Below the pieces are notes generated by a model. It was not told the DNA's origin, did no database searches, and saw only the letters and a list, made by a program, of their open reading frames with translations. A stretch of 64,000 nt of DNA, taken from Takakia lepidozioides (taxonomy: Eukaryota; Plantae; Bryophyta). Positions 25,244 to 37,672 of the stretch are shown piece after piece. Each line of letters begins with the position of its first letter. The first letter of the stretch is position 1. A program made the translations under genes and the position numbers. The stretch covers positions 76,260,001 to 76,324,000 of the forward strand of contig CM060731.1 in assembly GCA_030704615.1 (NCBI GenBank), written 5' to 3'.

Positions 25244-26154
25244 TTAGGGCTCTGCGGCATATGCCATGTTTGTGAATTTTTATCAAGATTTGAGAACCAC
25301 ACACGCAGATGATGAGCCAACGATTTGATTATTTAAGATTCATATGCATTGCTCTAGACGCCTTAGCAGATAGGTAGACCTATCTTTGTAGAGCTCGGCC
25401 ACCATAGTACAGACAGAAGGTTTCCATTTGTATAGAGGTTTGTAATTCTGCAGTGATCTTCTTTATGTTTCAGGTGAGTCCAAATGTCTTGACTCCATAG
25501 CAAGATGATTTTATGTGCAATTTTCATGTCAGTTACATCGATTTAGATAGATGTGGGGTTGGGCATTCCGAGGCACGCATGATATACCGTTCGATCTCTC
25601 TTGTCCTTCCTTGCTATATTGCTTCTGCTATGTTGAAAGCTGTTGCAGACATGGGTCACAGCCTGATTAGAAGCGCAAACCAGCCACATAACAGGCCTGC
25701 TTTACATCTACACCATGTCGCCAAGGTTTGAAGGAACCCAACTAGGTACTTTATTGTGTTCGCACCTACTGCAGGGGAAACCCTAAGTAGTCGGTAGCCA
25801 AAATGCTCAAAGCCCTATTTTAACTCTATCCCCGGAATGAAGGACGACTTTGTAGCTTGCTATGTTGTTTTCCACATGTGGTTTTTTTGCTCTTCTTCTC
25901 TTCTCTCTCGTAATTTCCTGACAGGTTGGCCACAGCATATGGTATGGGTTTAGTGACAGTTTTGGGTCCCTCCACCCTGTGAAATTGTGTCTTGCAATTG
26001 TTTCTCTTTCTCGATGCTAGCTTCAACCTCCTGACATTGCGAACACACCCCTCTGCATTCTTTTTAGTCAGCGTTGTCTGGGAGACTGTAGGAGACCTGC
26101 AACTGCCCCTGCACTCTGAATGTAGAGAATTACTGCGGTTGTGCTTTAGAAGAC

Positions 26155-27006
26155 ATGGGCACGGTAGGGGCAAGTTCAGGAGTGCTCAATAGGCTGGCAG
26201 CGTATTTCCTTCAACGTTGTGCCCCTTCTACCTGCAAGCTTCTTCGTTACCGTGGTGCTGAGGGTGCTGAAGCGTCAGCGTTTAGGTGTCCTGCACCTGT
26301 TTCAGTTGTCTCTTATTCTGTTGCTTTAGAAGGTCGAGAAAACGTTGCACTCTATTCTTCTTTTCCAAAGGAAGACGAGGGTAGGAAATGTGGTGGCTTT
26401 AACACTGGAGTGGCGCTTTCTCTGAGGTCAACAGATTTTAGGGTTTCTCGGCCATCCCATCTGCTGCTAACATTTAGGAATGCTGTAGAGAGGTGTGGAG
26501 GTGCTGGCGTGTCAACTGTTGCCTCGTCTGTTGGATTATCACGCGCACAGTTGCGGACATCTTCCTCGTGGAGGTTTGAGCAGAGGCTGAACTTTGCATC
26601 TGTGGTATCAGAGAAGCCTACAATACAGAGTAAGGATGCGACTGAAGAAGCAATATCAGTGACGTTTGTGGGCAAAGACGGCGATGAAAAGGAGATTCGA
26701 GTCCCTGTGGGCATGTCTATGCTGGAGGCTGCACATGAGAATGACATTGAGCTAGAAGGTGCCTGTGAAGGATCGGTGGCTTGTTCGACCTGTCATGTAA
26801 TTGTCATGGAGGAAGACTACTACAATAAACTGCCAGAGCCATCAGATGAGGAGAACGACATGCTGGATCTCGCCTTTGGCTTAACAGAGGTTTCTCGGCT
26901 GGGGTGTCAGGTGATTGCAAAGCCCGAGCTCGATGGCCTGCGCCTGGCCTTACCTGCTGCTACTCGCAATTTCGCAGTCGATGGCCATGTCCCAAAGCCA
27001 CATTAG
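26155..27006 (+). CDS. MFDX: Mitochondrial adrenodoxin-like [2Fe-2S] ferredoxin, intronless
   Basis: SMLEAAHENDIELEGACEGSVACSTCHVIV...DEENDMLDLAFGLT..SRLGCQ...LPAATRNFAVDG. The long Ser/Arg-rich N-terminus resembles a targeting peptide. Confidence 0.95.
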   Translation: MGTVGASSGVLNRLAAYFLQRCAPSTCKLLRYRGAEGAEASAFRCPAPVSVVSYSVALEGRENVALYSSFPKEDEGRKCGGFNTGVALSLRSTDFRVSRPSHLLLTFRNAVERCGGAGVSTVASSVGLSRAQLRTSSSWRFEQRLNFASVVSEKPTIQSKDATEEAISVTFVGKDGDEKEIRVPVGMSMLEAAHENDIELEGACEGSVACSTCHVIVMEEDYYNKLPEPSDEENDMLDLAFGLTEVSRLGCQVIAKPELDGLRLALPAATRNFAVDGHVPKPH

Positions 27007-27698
27007 TTATACTAATTCATAGTCTTCAATTCTTAGCAAGCAGGTATTCATAAGGTAGCGTTCATGCCGTCAGATCTCCACTACAACAAAGTCATTCCAC
27101 TTGGTGCTTAGCTGTCAGAGTTAGCAGTTTGCTTCATGCAAAACACCTGCCATGAGAGTTGGTACAACAAGGCACCCATAGAATTGGATTTGAACCCATT
27201 GTGGAACCATTTCTAGGTCTTGGAAAAAAAGCAAAGGCCAACGTTCTGCTACTTCTAATCTTTGATGCTTAGGGATTTCTTCAAATCAGTGCATGTCATG
27301 GCGTTATACCCTGCTGTCCTTGAATCAAGAGAAGAGGAAATGGTCAGGAAAGTGAATATGCAGAGACCAAAGTTTTCTTCAGAGTTTCATCTTTAAGCCT
27401 TTGCAGCAACTCATTCTGCAGGCATACTTAACTTGCTGTGGACTTTATAGAATATCAGATGTCCCCAAAGTATGTACATAGTAAAATCCAAACAACATAT
27501 TACATCTAGTGTCAAAGACTCACAAGTGTGTCCACCGGCAATTATGACCAGATTAAGCAATTGCTTGAAGCATTGCTTTCACTGAATCCTCATGAAGGTC
27601 CACTCATGTGGGTTCATGATAACACAGTTCTGTGGGTCTGAAACCCCAATCACTCCTCTCTCATTCAACTGATTGCATCCGATGCTTATGATGCAGGA

Positions 27699-29647
27699 CT
27701 AGCTTGCATCAATGGGGTTAGTAATGCGGCCAATGAAAAGAATGACATTTGTCAACTCTTCCTTAATCACAAACAGAAATGGATGATCTGCCACGAATTC
27801 TTCAGGTCGCTCAAAGGCAGGCAATCCTCTCAGAGTAATGGTGGCTCCAGTTGCAGCTGCAGCCTCAGTGCCCTTTTCATTCACTTCCACAAATGCCTTG
27901 TGAAAGATGTTGGAAATATAGAGGGACTGTCCACTCGGAGAGTCCACCAGCTCTGAAAAATCAGCATCGTCTGTAAAGGGTAATACAAGACCAAGGGTTT
28001 TCAAGGCCTCAGGCACTTCAAATCCACTCGAGATCCGAAAACGCGGCAGCTGAAAGTTTGTCACTGGGACCTCCAATTTGATTTTAGACAGATCCTGCCC
28101 TAGCAATTTTGTATCCAGACTCTGCTCAAGTTGGGTCAGTCCATCTCTGTCATTGGGCAAGAGAAAATACATTGAGAACAAGCGCTTGTCATCACCTGCG
28201 AAATACAGGAGCCGAAGCGCCTTGAATGACCCAAAGCTTTTAATGAACTGCTTTTTCTGAGTCCGTATCATGGGCACTGTTACGCTCTTTCCATCCAGCA
28301 GATAAAATGTGCCATCTTTGGTCTCTGATTCTTCGAATGGTTTCTTCCAAGCTCCCTTGAAGTAAAGAGCATTGACCAACACAACCCTTGTGGTCTGGTC
28401 CACAGAATCTGGGGGAAGGAGGTCCTCAATCTTTCCCCTGGTTTCATCCTTGACCCATGTATTTATACTTGTTCTGGCTTCCTCAGCCTGTCTCAGCATC
28501 AAAAGAAAAGGAAATGAAAACCCATGTTGAGAATTTATGACTGACTGCAAAATTCCTAGTGTAGGTTAGATAGAAAATTGACACTGCTAGATACCCTGGC
28601 ATCCGACCACAAATCTGGATCACCAAATGCTTATTAAACAATAGGCTTCTGGCAAGCTTCGAAAGGATTTGACATGGGGTAGGTTCCAAAGTTCCTCATT
28701 TCTTCCCAGACTTCGCAGTAAATCTCACATTATGCAAGTGGTTGATAACTTCCCACATCCTCTGGTAGAATGTGGGAAATGGGAGAGTTTCCGTATTCAG
28801 AGCTACAAAAAGCACTGAACTCACAGCCTCCGCAACTTGTTGAGGACATGACTTCTTTTAAATAGACACAGTTGGCGGCCTAGAGAGGAATCCACATTTC
28901 ATGGTTGCTTTTAAGATCTCAAGTGCATTGCAAATCTTTCCCTTCCATCAGTGACTGCTGTGAGCACCCTTGGAAAGCAACATCCGACTTTCAGACCTTT
29001 GAGAGAGCTTTAAGGCCTAAACTTTTGGAGTTCCGCATATTTTTAGCGGGTTTTAGTTCAAATTCTGTCTAGACAATGTGGAATTCATTTTCTGCTTCAT
29101 CTCACTAGTAAGAGCTGCATCATGAGCAGAAAACCCATTGCCTCAAAGTAGTAGGCCATGTCGAAACTTCACACTTGGCTCTGAATTTGATTACGAGGTA
29201 ACATTCATTGGAATTGAAGAGAGGAGAAAAACATTGAGATAGCGGTGAAAACCACCCTACCTTCGATTGGAAATCAACCTGTCCAGCTTCAGATCCATAG
29301 CGGCTCTTCAGCAGCTCCGTAAATGGGCGCTTGGGAGGTACCGCTTGCTGCACCCACACTTTATTAGCGGACGCTACCAAGGGCCCCCCTTGTGCGCTGC
29401 CATCAGCCAACACAACGTTCCTCAATTGCGACGAGAAATCGTGCATAGCATCTCCTCCCGGGAGCTTCAAACAGGACGAGATCTGGTCAAGAGTGGCACC
29501 CTTCGCGCCAGCTCCCGCCATAGCCAGGGTGAGCCCAATACTGAGGGGAGAAAGCACGGCATTCTTCTCACCTTCATCCTTCACCACCGCTTTGTACAGG
29601 TCCAGTGTAAACCCCGTCTGCCCCTCCACTGAGGTTGCCACATCCAT
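27699..29647 (-). CDS. Serpin (LR-type, serpin-ZX/AtSerpin1-like), two exons 29647-29261 and 28487-27699
   Basis: NAVLSPLSI, VNALYFKGAW, hinge and reactive loop EKGTEAAAATGATITLR-G, FVADHPFLF. One phase-0 GT-AG intron after VDFQSK. Confidence 0.95.
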
Positions 29648-29784
29648 CGCTACCTACTTCCTGTCCCTGGCCAAATATCACTGTGAACAGCAGTAATCCT
29701 TCGGTTTCAACTTCCTGCCCGAAAATTTGAGCGTCTGCTCCACAGAAAGAAGCAGAAATGAAATGAAATGAAATGGGAGAGATG

Positions 29785-29925
29785 GGTCTGCGGAGGAAAA
29801 GCAATGCGGGATTGTAGTTACATTGTGCTCGTGTGTCTATGTGAATGAGAGAGACGAAACAGAGAGATTGGTCTGCGGAGGAAATGCAACGGAGGGATTG
29901 TAGTTACACACTATGCTCGTGTGTG
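29785..29925 (+). repeat. ~50-bp direct repeat upstream of the serpin gene
   Basis: GGTCTGCGGAGGAAA..GCAA...GGGATTGTAGTTACA..TGCTCGTGTGT at ~29785 and ~29870. Confidence 0.75.
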
Positions 29926-30001
29926 TGTGAGGGAGAGAGAGGAGGGGCTCGTTGTCACCCTGCCGCTGTTACCCTGCCGCGTGGCGACAACGTGCCGCTC
30001 T

Positions 30002-33000
30002 AGGAGTGGGCAAAATTATTTTTGCATATCCAGCAGATGAGAGTCAATTTACTGTGGTAAAGTGAATTGATTAAACCATTGATAGTATAGTAGTAAAGTA
30101 AAACTTCTGTTGGGAACAATGGTGGCTCTCTTTCTTCCTTTTGCAGTCTGTGCTGTGCTGCAGAGAAGAATTCGAGATGTGGAGAGAACATCAAACATTG
30201 CATGGCAGTTTGTCGATTAATAAGTTGTAGAGTTGAATGGCTGACTTGTAAGATTACCCAACAAAGCACAGCATCTGAAAGCTTCCCATGGTTCGAAGTG
30301 CTACCCACAGCAATCCAACAATATGAGATCACTATACCCATCCGACTGCAAAATCCTGATAAAATCCATCATGGATGGAAACTTTATCAAATCAGTGAAA
30401 ATGAGTGTCACCTGTTGGATTCACTCTGGCCTACATGTTGCAGCAGACACAAGGAAGCTGCTCATGCTTTCACACTGGGAACTTTGGACAAAGCTTCACT
30501 GATCTTGTCTGCAGGATATTCAAAATCCACAATGCCACCTGCAAGAAATTTGTCATAGGCAGCGAGATCGAAATGGCCATGCCCAGAGAGTGCTGTCACT
30601 ATCACCTTGGCCATCCCTGTTTCCCTGCATTCCAGTGCTTCCCGTATGGTGGCTGCTATGGCATGTGCGGCTTCGGGTGCCGGGATGATGCCCTCAGTGC
30701 GTGCAAACTTCAAAGCCCCTACAATCCACGTTTCCGACATATTAAGTCAGCAAACAGATCTACATGGCACTTTCTCAATATCTGATGTAAGAATCAGACC
30801 CTGGTTTGTGGTTGCAGTCAATTTCTTGAGAGCGAGATATTTGGGGTAAGGGGATAAGGCCAGACAAGCAGCCATGCCCAACAATTGCTGAAAACAAGCT
30901 TCAGTAGAGAACAGCCCTGATTCAGCCTTGTAGTGCCTCTAAATATGCCAAGAATTTATGTGGACTTGCATATATGGCAAAGAGCGGTAGGTCAGTTGTA
31001 ACTTCAAACTTCAAAGGACATGTCTGTGTAAAAATATCTGTTGCAAACGACGAAACCTGTGTTAGCTGGTAAGAGAATGACACCTTCGAAGCACTCAGTC
31101 TGGGGGATTGCAAGTGCCTCCGTGAGGCCCAAGTTGAAGACATGTGATACCAATGGTGCCATACCATGATAGCGAAGCCCCCCTGCACTAACAAAAAAAG
31201 TTCTTGAATCACCATGGAAATGCTGCGATAAGTCAAGATACAAGATAATCTAGGTGGGACTTTCCTTCCACCCTTTTACTGAAAGGCACACCAACCCCTC
31301 AGGTTTACAGCACTGATGATGATTATGACGTTCAGAGCAAACCGTCTGTGACAAAAACATATGACTACCCAGTGTGTGCACCTCATGCAGTTCAATGTAA
31401 GGAACATTGTTCTTACCTGCATGAATGGGGTCAGGAATGAAGTCATGACCAAGAGTGTGCATTTTCACAAGGGGGGTGAGCCCAGCAGTGTCCCCATAAT
31501 CGTATGCATAAACACCTTTTGTCAGAGATGGGCACGCTTCTGGCTCAACTGCTCGGATGATGGGGCTCATTCTTCCAGCCATTTTTTCTCGGATGAACGG
31601 AAATGAAAGGCCCCCGAAATTGGAACCTCCACCAGTGCATGCCACCAAAACATCCGGTGTTTCCCCTAGGATTGCTAGCTGGCGAAGGCACTCCTCACCA
31701 ATGATGGTCTGGTGCAATAAGACGTGGTTCAAGCCGCTTCCCAGTGCGTATCGGGTGTCCCCATCAGCTAGTGCTGCCTCCGCTGCCTCTGAAATCGCAA
31801 CACCTAGGCTGCCAGGGCTGGCTGCATCTTTTGCTAGAATGGCACGCCCTGCTTGGGTGAGGATTGAGGGGGATGAGTGGACAGTGGCCCCCCAGGTCTC
31901 CATCATTGACTTGCGATAGGGTTTCTGTTCATAGGATGCTCGCACTTGCCACACCTACATGACCACATTCTTCCCATCTTTAGCAGCCAATAGCATTCCA
32001 AAGTATGACCAGACCTTACCAAGAGGACACAGATAGCTCCTTGGGCTTTAATAGTCACAAATTTCTACATCTAATATCTTTTGGTGGCCTGTCACATGTG
32101 GACACAAGGAACCCAAAGCTCTACTTTGGGTCCCAGACCATATGCCTGCCGGTTAGTACGTGCCCAGGCGAAGAACCCCACCAACAGGATCCTACTCAGG
32201 GTGGACATAACAAGCAAACTGCAACATGAAAAAGTTGCAACAACGATGACTTGGATATTCCAAATAGCTTAGTCTGGAGTCCATTACCTCACATTGGAGA
32301 TCAAAAAGGCCACAAGCAAAGGCGAGGGCACTGCCCCACTGACCAGCCCGTCTCAGTAGTGAGCCGCTTCACCCCTTCCTGGGCATTGTACCAGGCCTGG
32401 GGAACTGCAGTATTAGGCTTATGTGAGCCTGCAGGGCTACCACCCTCATATTTGTAATAGATGCGTGCTGGTGTCCCGAGCAACTTCTCGAGGCCCCAAG
32501 CTCTGTTCACACCCCAGCTCCTTGGTTATTTGAAGGAGCGTTCAAGGTAAGTGCATTGTCAAGATTGCACTTTTGTCCAGTCAAAGAGCGCACCTTAACA
32601 GACACTGACCCCTTTGAAATTGCACCCTCTCTCAATTTAGGCTTGGTTCTAAGTCTTTCGTTGCTTGGTCCTGTATTAATGGCATTGACCAACCTTAAAA
32701 TGACAATCGGAGCGAAGCTAAGGTGCCCAAAGAGCTTACTGACAAAGGTGGAATCAAGGAGTCAAAAAGGGAAGTAGTCTTCTTTAATAATGACAGTGAC
32801 CTCAGAACATCTGACAGTTGCTACAGAGTGGAAGCTGAAAGCCTGTTAGAAGATCTGCTACAGTAGAAGCTTGAGAAAGTCCCATAACATAAGTCTAAAA
32901 ACATGCTAATATCTTGTGGAAGTTCCTCCTGCTGAACATGGAAGTGAGGACAGCTGTGAACACCATGCCTGCGGTATCCTCCTTTCAGGTTCCACTCAGG

Positions 33001-34190
33001 GTTTACCTACCTTCACTTTTTACCTTCTTGCTGTGTTCACCTAGAAAAGTGGATGTAAGAAATTGGTGCACCATGAAAACATCTGCTTAGAATGCGACAT
33101 GTAGGACCCTAAAAGGATGACTGGGTACTGAGAGATATACAACCTCAAGATTCCGAGTGGGGAAAGGCTTCGGCACTCTTTGAAAGAGATTGAAGGGGCA
33201 CCTGAAAAGAGGGGTAGGGCGCCACAATTTGTAGACTTCAAGCACCTCATCAGGGATAGCGATAAAGCGATCCAGTGAAGCTTCCTGTTGGATGATGGCT
33301 GCTGGGAACAAAGGTGCCAGATCTTGGGGCTGCAATGGCTGCAACGTTTTTGGGTGTAAAGGAGGTGGAGGTGGTTGTGGCAAGTCCGGGATGATGTTGT
33401 ACCACTGCCTGGGCATCTGTTCTTCATCCAGAAGAGTTTTTGTGCGTGACTTCTGGTTCAGAACTTTCTCGCTGATTGTCGCCAGACAATCTATGTGGTG
33501 AAAAGCTTGCCAGTTTCTCCTCTGTTGTCTTGGACTCGACACTGGTCATGAACACACAAAAATCAGGCTAGAGCTGGTATTCCTCGAATTGGAGAAATTA
33601 AGTTGATCACAATCCAGAATCGAGCCAGAACTAAATTTTACAAAGACAGACTTGATGCTCAGTTCGACCTACTTCTGTGCAGAAAGTATAAACCAGACGT
33701 TGAATCAGCACAGCTACAGGCCATGCTCAGACATTTGAAGAATAATAATGGCAGTTCTGTTGTCGCTCTTCGAAAGGAAATCTGCGGATAGGCAAGTATA
33801 CTAGGGTGGTCGCCCAGGAATACCTTCGCATCGGTAATGAATTGAACGCCTTCAAGTGAACGTCAGCCATGAAAAAATGATGATCTACTAGCATTGGATT
33901 CAGAAAGAGCTGACAGGAAGAAGTAACAGCTAAAAACCACTTACCAAACTTTGACAAGCTGAGCTGCGTGCGATTCCCTCCATAACCTCCACGACCTCTG
34001 GCCTTCCAGGAAATTTGTGCATTGGACTGAAGTGACAGTTCACTGTTGGGGGCACTCCCGATTCCCGGAAGTGGACGAATAGAAACCCATTTGGGATTGC
34101 AGGTCTGCATCTTTGAGCAATGCAACAGCCGGAGGAGCTGTGACTGAAATTATTCGCAAGGCAGACTTCTCGATAGCTCACTTGTAAGTT
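30002..34190. repeat. ~4.2-kb segmental duplication, copy 1 (copy 2 at ~51212-55365)
   Basis: Exons, introns and both flanks are colinear and highly similar to 51212-55365. Confidence 0.92.
30462..34110 (-). pseudogene. Tryptophan synthase beta chain type 2 (TrpB2), copy 1, frameshifted
   Basis: Exons ~34110-33996 (transit peptide), 33490-33202 (MPRQWYNIIPDLP..RPTPLFR), 32502-32288 ([19 protein letters not shown]), 31954-31417 (GSLG.AISEA; [10 protein letters not shown]; PIHAG), 31182-31084 (GLRYHG) and 30718-30462 (IIPAPE..HA; SGHGHFDL). A 2-nt loss in TETGAGQWG at ~32348 shifts the frame. Confidence 0.88.
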
Positions 34191-35080
34191 AGTGTTCAGA
34201 CCCACTCCCCAACCCACTTATAAGTAAAGCCGGCTGTGAGCAGTGCTCAGAGCTTTCATTTTCACTGCTCTCCAGGCTCAGCACGCCTGAATCGTGCCTG
34301 TACCTAGTTCACATGATCTCCATGCACTTGGGGAGTCCTTAAAGGACTTGTCTCCAAGTCAAACAGGCCATAACGCAGATGCCTAATGTGGCAGCACCAC
34401 GGGTTTGTCGTTTACATAAATGATTTGGCGGCGGCAGTGTGTTTTTTTTCATTTTTTCAAAAATCGCCAGGGGGGCCAACTCAGCCAAGCGTCCATGTGG
34501 CGAGAATAACGAGGTGGCAGGGTTGGAAAAGTGGCTGTATGCCATGTGGCACGTGTCTATAGGTCCACGTGGGAAACCTTATAGGCTACTGGTGAATTTT
34601 TCGATCTCACCCCATAATTCCTTTGTACACGTAGCTAACCCATTTTCCAGGTGGAAATCTGGCGATTTTTCGCCAGGAGAAAAAAACAGAATATCTGGCC
34701 CTAACATCCTTTGAGGCCGAGATCAGAGGGAGGACCATGTCAGGAGTTCTCTATAAAATGCGGAGAGTCTTGGAACGGATTCCGTTATGCGTAGATTTAG
34801 CTTTGGAGAGAGCGAGGCGAGAGGTAATCGTTCTTTGAGAATGTGGTCGAAGGCCAAACCTGACTGACTCCAGAAATGCCGGACGGTGTGTGCGCTTGAA
34901 ACTAGCGACTGTGCAACTGAAGCCAGCTCTCACCGATTATGTTAGTTGCAAAGCCAGTAGTTGCCTTGAATTTGCTATTTGTAATGTGCATGAGAACTTA
35001 TCTTCGGAGTGGGACTCGATTTGTAACTTAGCCAGTGTCGATGTTGCTAGGTGACTTCTTTCCTCAGTGGGCTGGAGTAA

Positions 35081-36949
35081 CCCCTAAAGGACTAACCCCA
35101 ATTTTTGGGACCACCCCCAAAAAATTGACCCTTTCCCACTAAATAATTTATATCTTGAGATTTCATCCGGCCCTGTAAAACTGACCGTTGTAATATGTTC
35201 CTACCTACCTCAGATATGACCACAAAAAGTCTGGTCCAAATCGACCCGTCGGATTGCAAGAATATAATGTTCAAAGTTGGGCCAAAAACAAATTTCCTAT
35301 TTACAATGGGGTAAGACAGCGTCCGGGAAATAATTTCAGTTGAACCAGCCAGTAGCCGCTCATTCCCAGCAGCAATCGGCTAAGTGGGTTGGGCAGTCGG
35401 TTGCTGCCCCTTAGTGGTAACTATACCCGGTCAATTTCCGGGATAAATTCTTTACAACCGGTAATATTCCTAATGATTTATTTTGTGTTCAGCTATAAAT
35501 CCGGCCCTTATAAATATCAACTGGTTGACAACACAAGTGTCAAATGCACAACAATAAGTAAATAATAATAATAAGAAATAATCACAACCAGTTTTAAGCA
35601 ATTCAAACAAGTGAAGAACATTGTATCCTTATAGAAGTTGGACCTGTCAATGCCTTCAAACCACATGGAGGTCAAGAATTGAACCCGCGTGGACAGGTGA
35701 GCTGTGATAGCAGGCAACGAGTGCAAGCAGGCGTGGGCTGGGGCTGCGAGAGCAACGTCCAGACTTAGTAGGGTTTGCCCGTGGGCCGCCCTCTTGAGTT
35801 CAATATTTTTTAACGTAAACGCCCTTCCTGGGATGTAACCCGGCCTAGCACGTTGGAATTCTGCCATGTGGCAGACTTCGACGGCCATTTCCGTTTTTTG
35901 TAATATAAAAAGGGCCGGAATCCGTCCAGGCCTTGCCAACTAAGGCAGATTTCCTGTCTGTAATGAAATGGAAAGGCAAATATCCTTCTTAAAAGTAGGG
36001 CACCCGGTTGATTTCCGCTTCGGCCATTTTCCCCCTCGGATCCATTTCCTGAGGTTTCATATTTCATTCGGAAATTCTGGAATTTAGTCGGCTAGCATGT
36101 AACTGGCTGCCGGTTCTCCCCGGACGTTGGGGTAAGAAACACAGCTTTTTCTTATCGAATTTCCCAGCTGTGAAACCAGAATCTTGTACCCTGCCACATG
36201 TGGGCTGCTTTGTACTAGGTAGCGCACTGGAGCGCGACCGCTACGGGCTGTAGCAGGTCGCTGTGACTGGCTCGACGCGTGCGCTATAGGACGTAATGTC
36301 GCATCATAAAGGACACACGAAGGACACAAAATACGAGATGAAAAGAAGGACACATGCTACAGGAAATAGCAGGCCTCCTCGTACGCAATCAAAACCTGCC
36401 ACGCCCTCAAATTTCCCAATTTCAAAGGGGCAAGCACAAAACCGTATTAAAAAATTCGGTGAAAAGATCTGAACCGTTGAATTGTCAATCGCTCCGGTTG
36501 TACTGTAGTGGGCAGGTTTTTGTAAGCACAAAAAAACTTTCGCCCCAATCAGAGCTTTGTTTCACATGATTTTTTCCCCTGCCCTTGACTTCTCCATGTG
36601 CACCTATGTTTGCCTATACTTTTTGGCCAGTAGCCCTAAGATATGTGGGTTTTGGGGGGGTGCCTTTGCCTTTGCCTGCCAATGGGGGGCGCTTTAGGGT
36701 GGAGGGGGCGCAATAAAAGGTGTTGGGAGGCGCGCCACCCTGCGCAAGTGGGGGGTGCGTGGAATTTCTCCCTAACGTGACCCTAGTTGACACGTAGGAT
36801 GGTGGGCAGGTTAGCTGCCCAAAATGGGGCTGAAAACCACGAGTGTGGCAGACTCTAGGTGTTCCACGTGGCTGGGGCCAGGCCCAATGATAACCAGACA
36901 CTTTTCTAAACCTAACCGACCCAGTTTGGGTCGCTTCGTCCTTTAGGGG
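35081..36949. mobile_element. Non-autonomous piggyBac-like DNA transposon
   Basis: GTAA|CCCCTAAAGGAC (35081) ... GTCCTTTAGGGG|TTAA (36949): a perfect 12-bp TIR starting CCC with a TTAA-type target (left copy has 1 mismatch). No transposase ORF inside. Confidence 0.7.
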
Positions 36950-37377
36950 TTAAAAAACCTTCTGCACATAAGATAATTACTACACTGTTACGCTAAGCCT
37001 TCATTCTTTTGTTCGAAGTCATCTATCCCTTTTTTTTATTTTTTTTATTTAAGAGAATTGGGGACTAGGCCCATGGATGAAACTTTATTTAATGATTATT
37101 GAAGGAAAAAATAAATTAAAACCCTTGGTTGCCCGTAGGCTGCCATAAGGCATGCTGATCTGTCCTGTTTGATGTTTGTCGTGTCGTGCCTAATATATGG
37201 GGGCTTATTATATGCTGATTTTCTTCCCTGGGAAAATTCTGTCTCGAGCTGAATTTTGTGATGGCTAGATTCCTCCCCCCTTGATATTCTCTGAGGTTGG
37301 ATGATTGCTAGGATGGATGACTGTTACATAAAGCTGGATGACATGAGTTGGCGGATCTATTAGATTAGGTTGTCTTA

Positions 37378-37668
37378 TGTTAACAACTAGCTTATCCTAA
37401 ATCAGATGAGGTGGCATCATATCTGGATGGTAACTTGGCTAGAATCTAGAGAGCCAATCAGCGCACGCCAACCTGTTGTGATAAGATCATGGGCCCTGGA
37501 TTCTAAAGTTGGAAATCTAAGGCAGCTGGTGTACTTTCAAAGTATTTAACTCTTGTGTACAAGAAACGGAGGTGCATCTGTATGGATGAACTGAGAATCT
37601 GAGTGTGAGATCTGTGTCCTCTCCGAGAGATCCTTCCTTCTTCGCTTACTTGCTCTACCGAGTTAACA
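37378..37668. mobile_element. Candidate 291-bp LTR
   Basis: TGTTAAC...GTTAACA perfect inverted ends. No matching TSD. Adjacent TCCCTCACTT reads as a purine tract (AAGTGAGGGA) on the minus strand. No second copy in the window. Confidence 0.55.
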
Positions 37669-37672
37669 TCCC

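Noticed and set aside
34339-34714. Kolobok-like MITE (TTAA|AGGA...TCCT|TTGA) with internal AAATCGCCAG/CTGGCGATTT inverted motifs
   Set aside because: Only 4-bp terminal identity and an imperfect TSD. It looks repeat-like but cannot be supported from a single copy.
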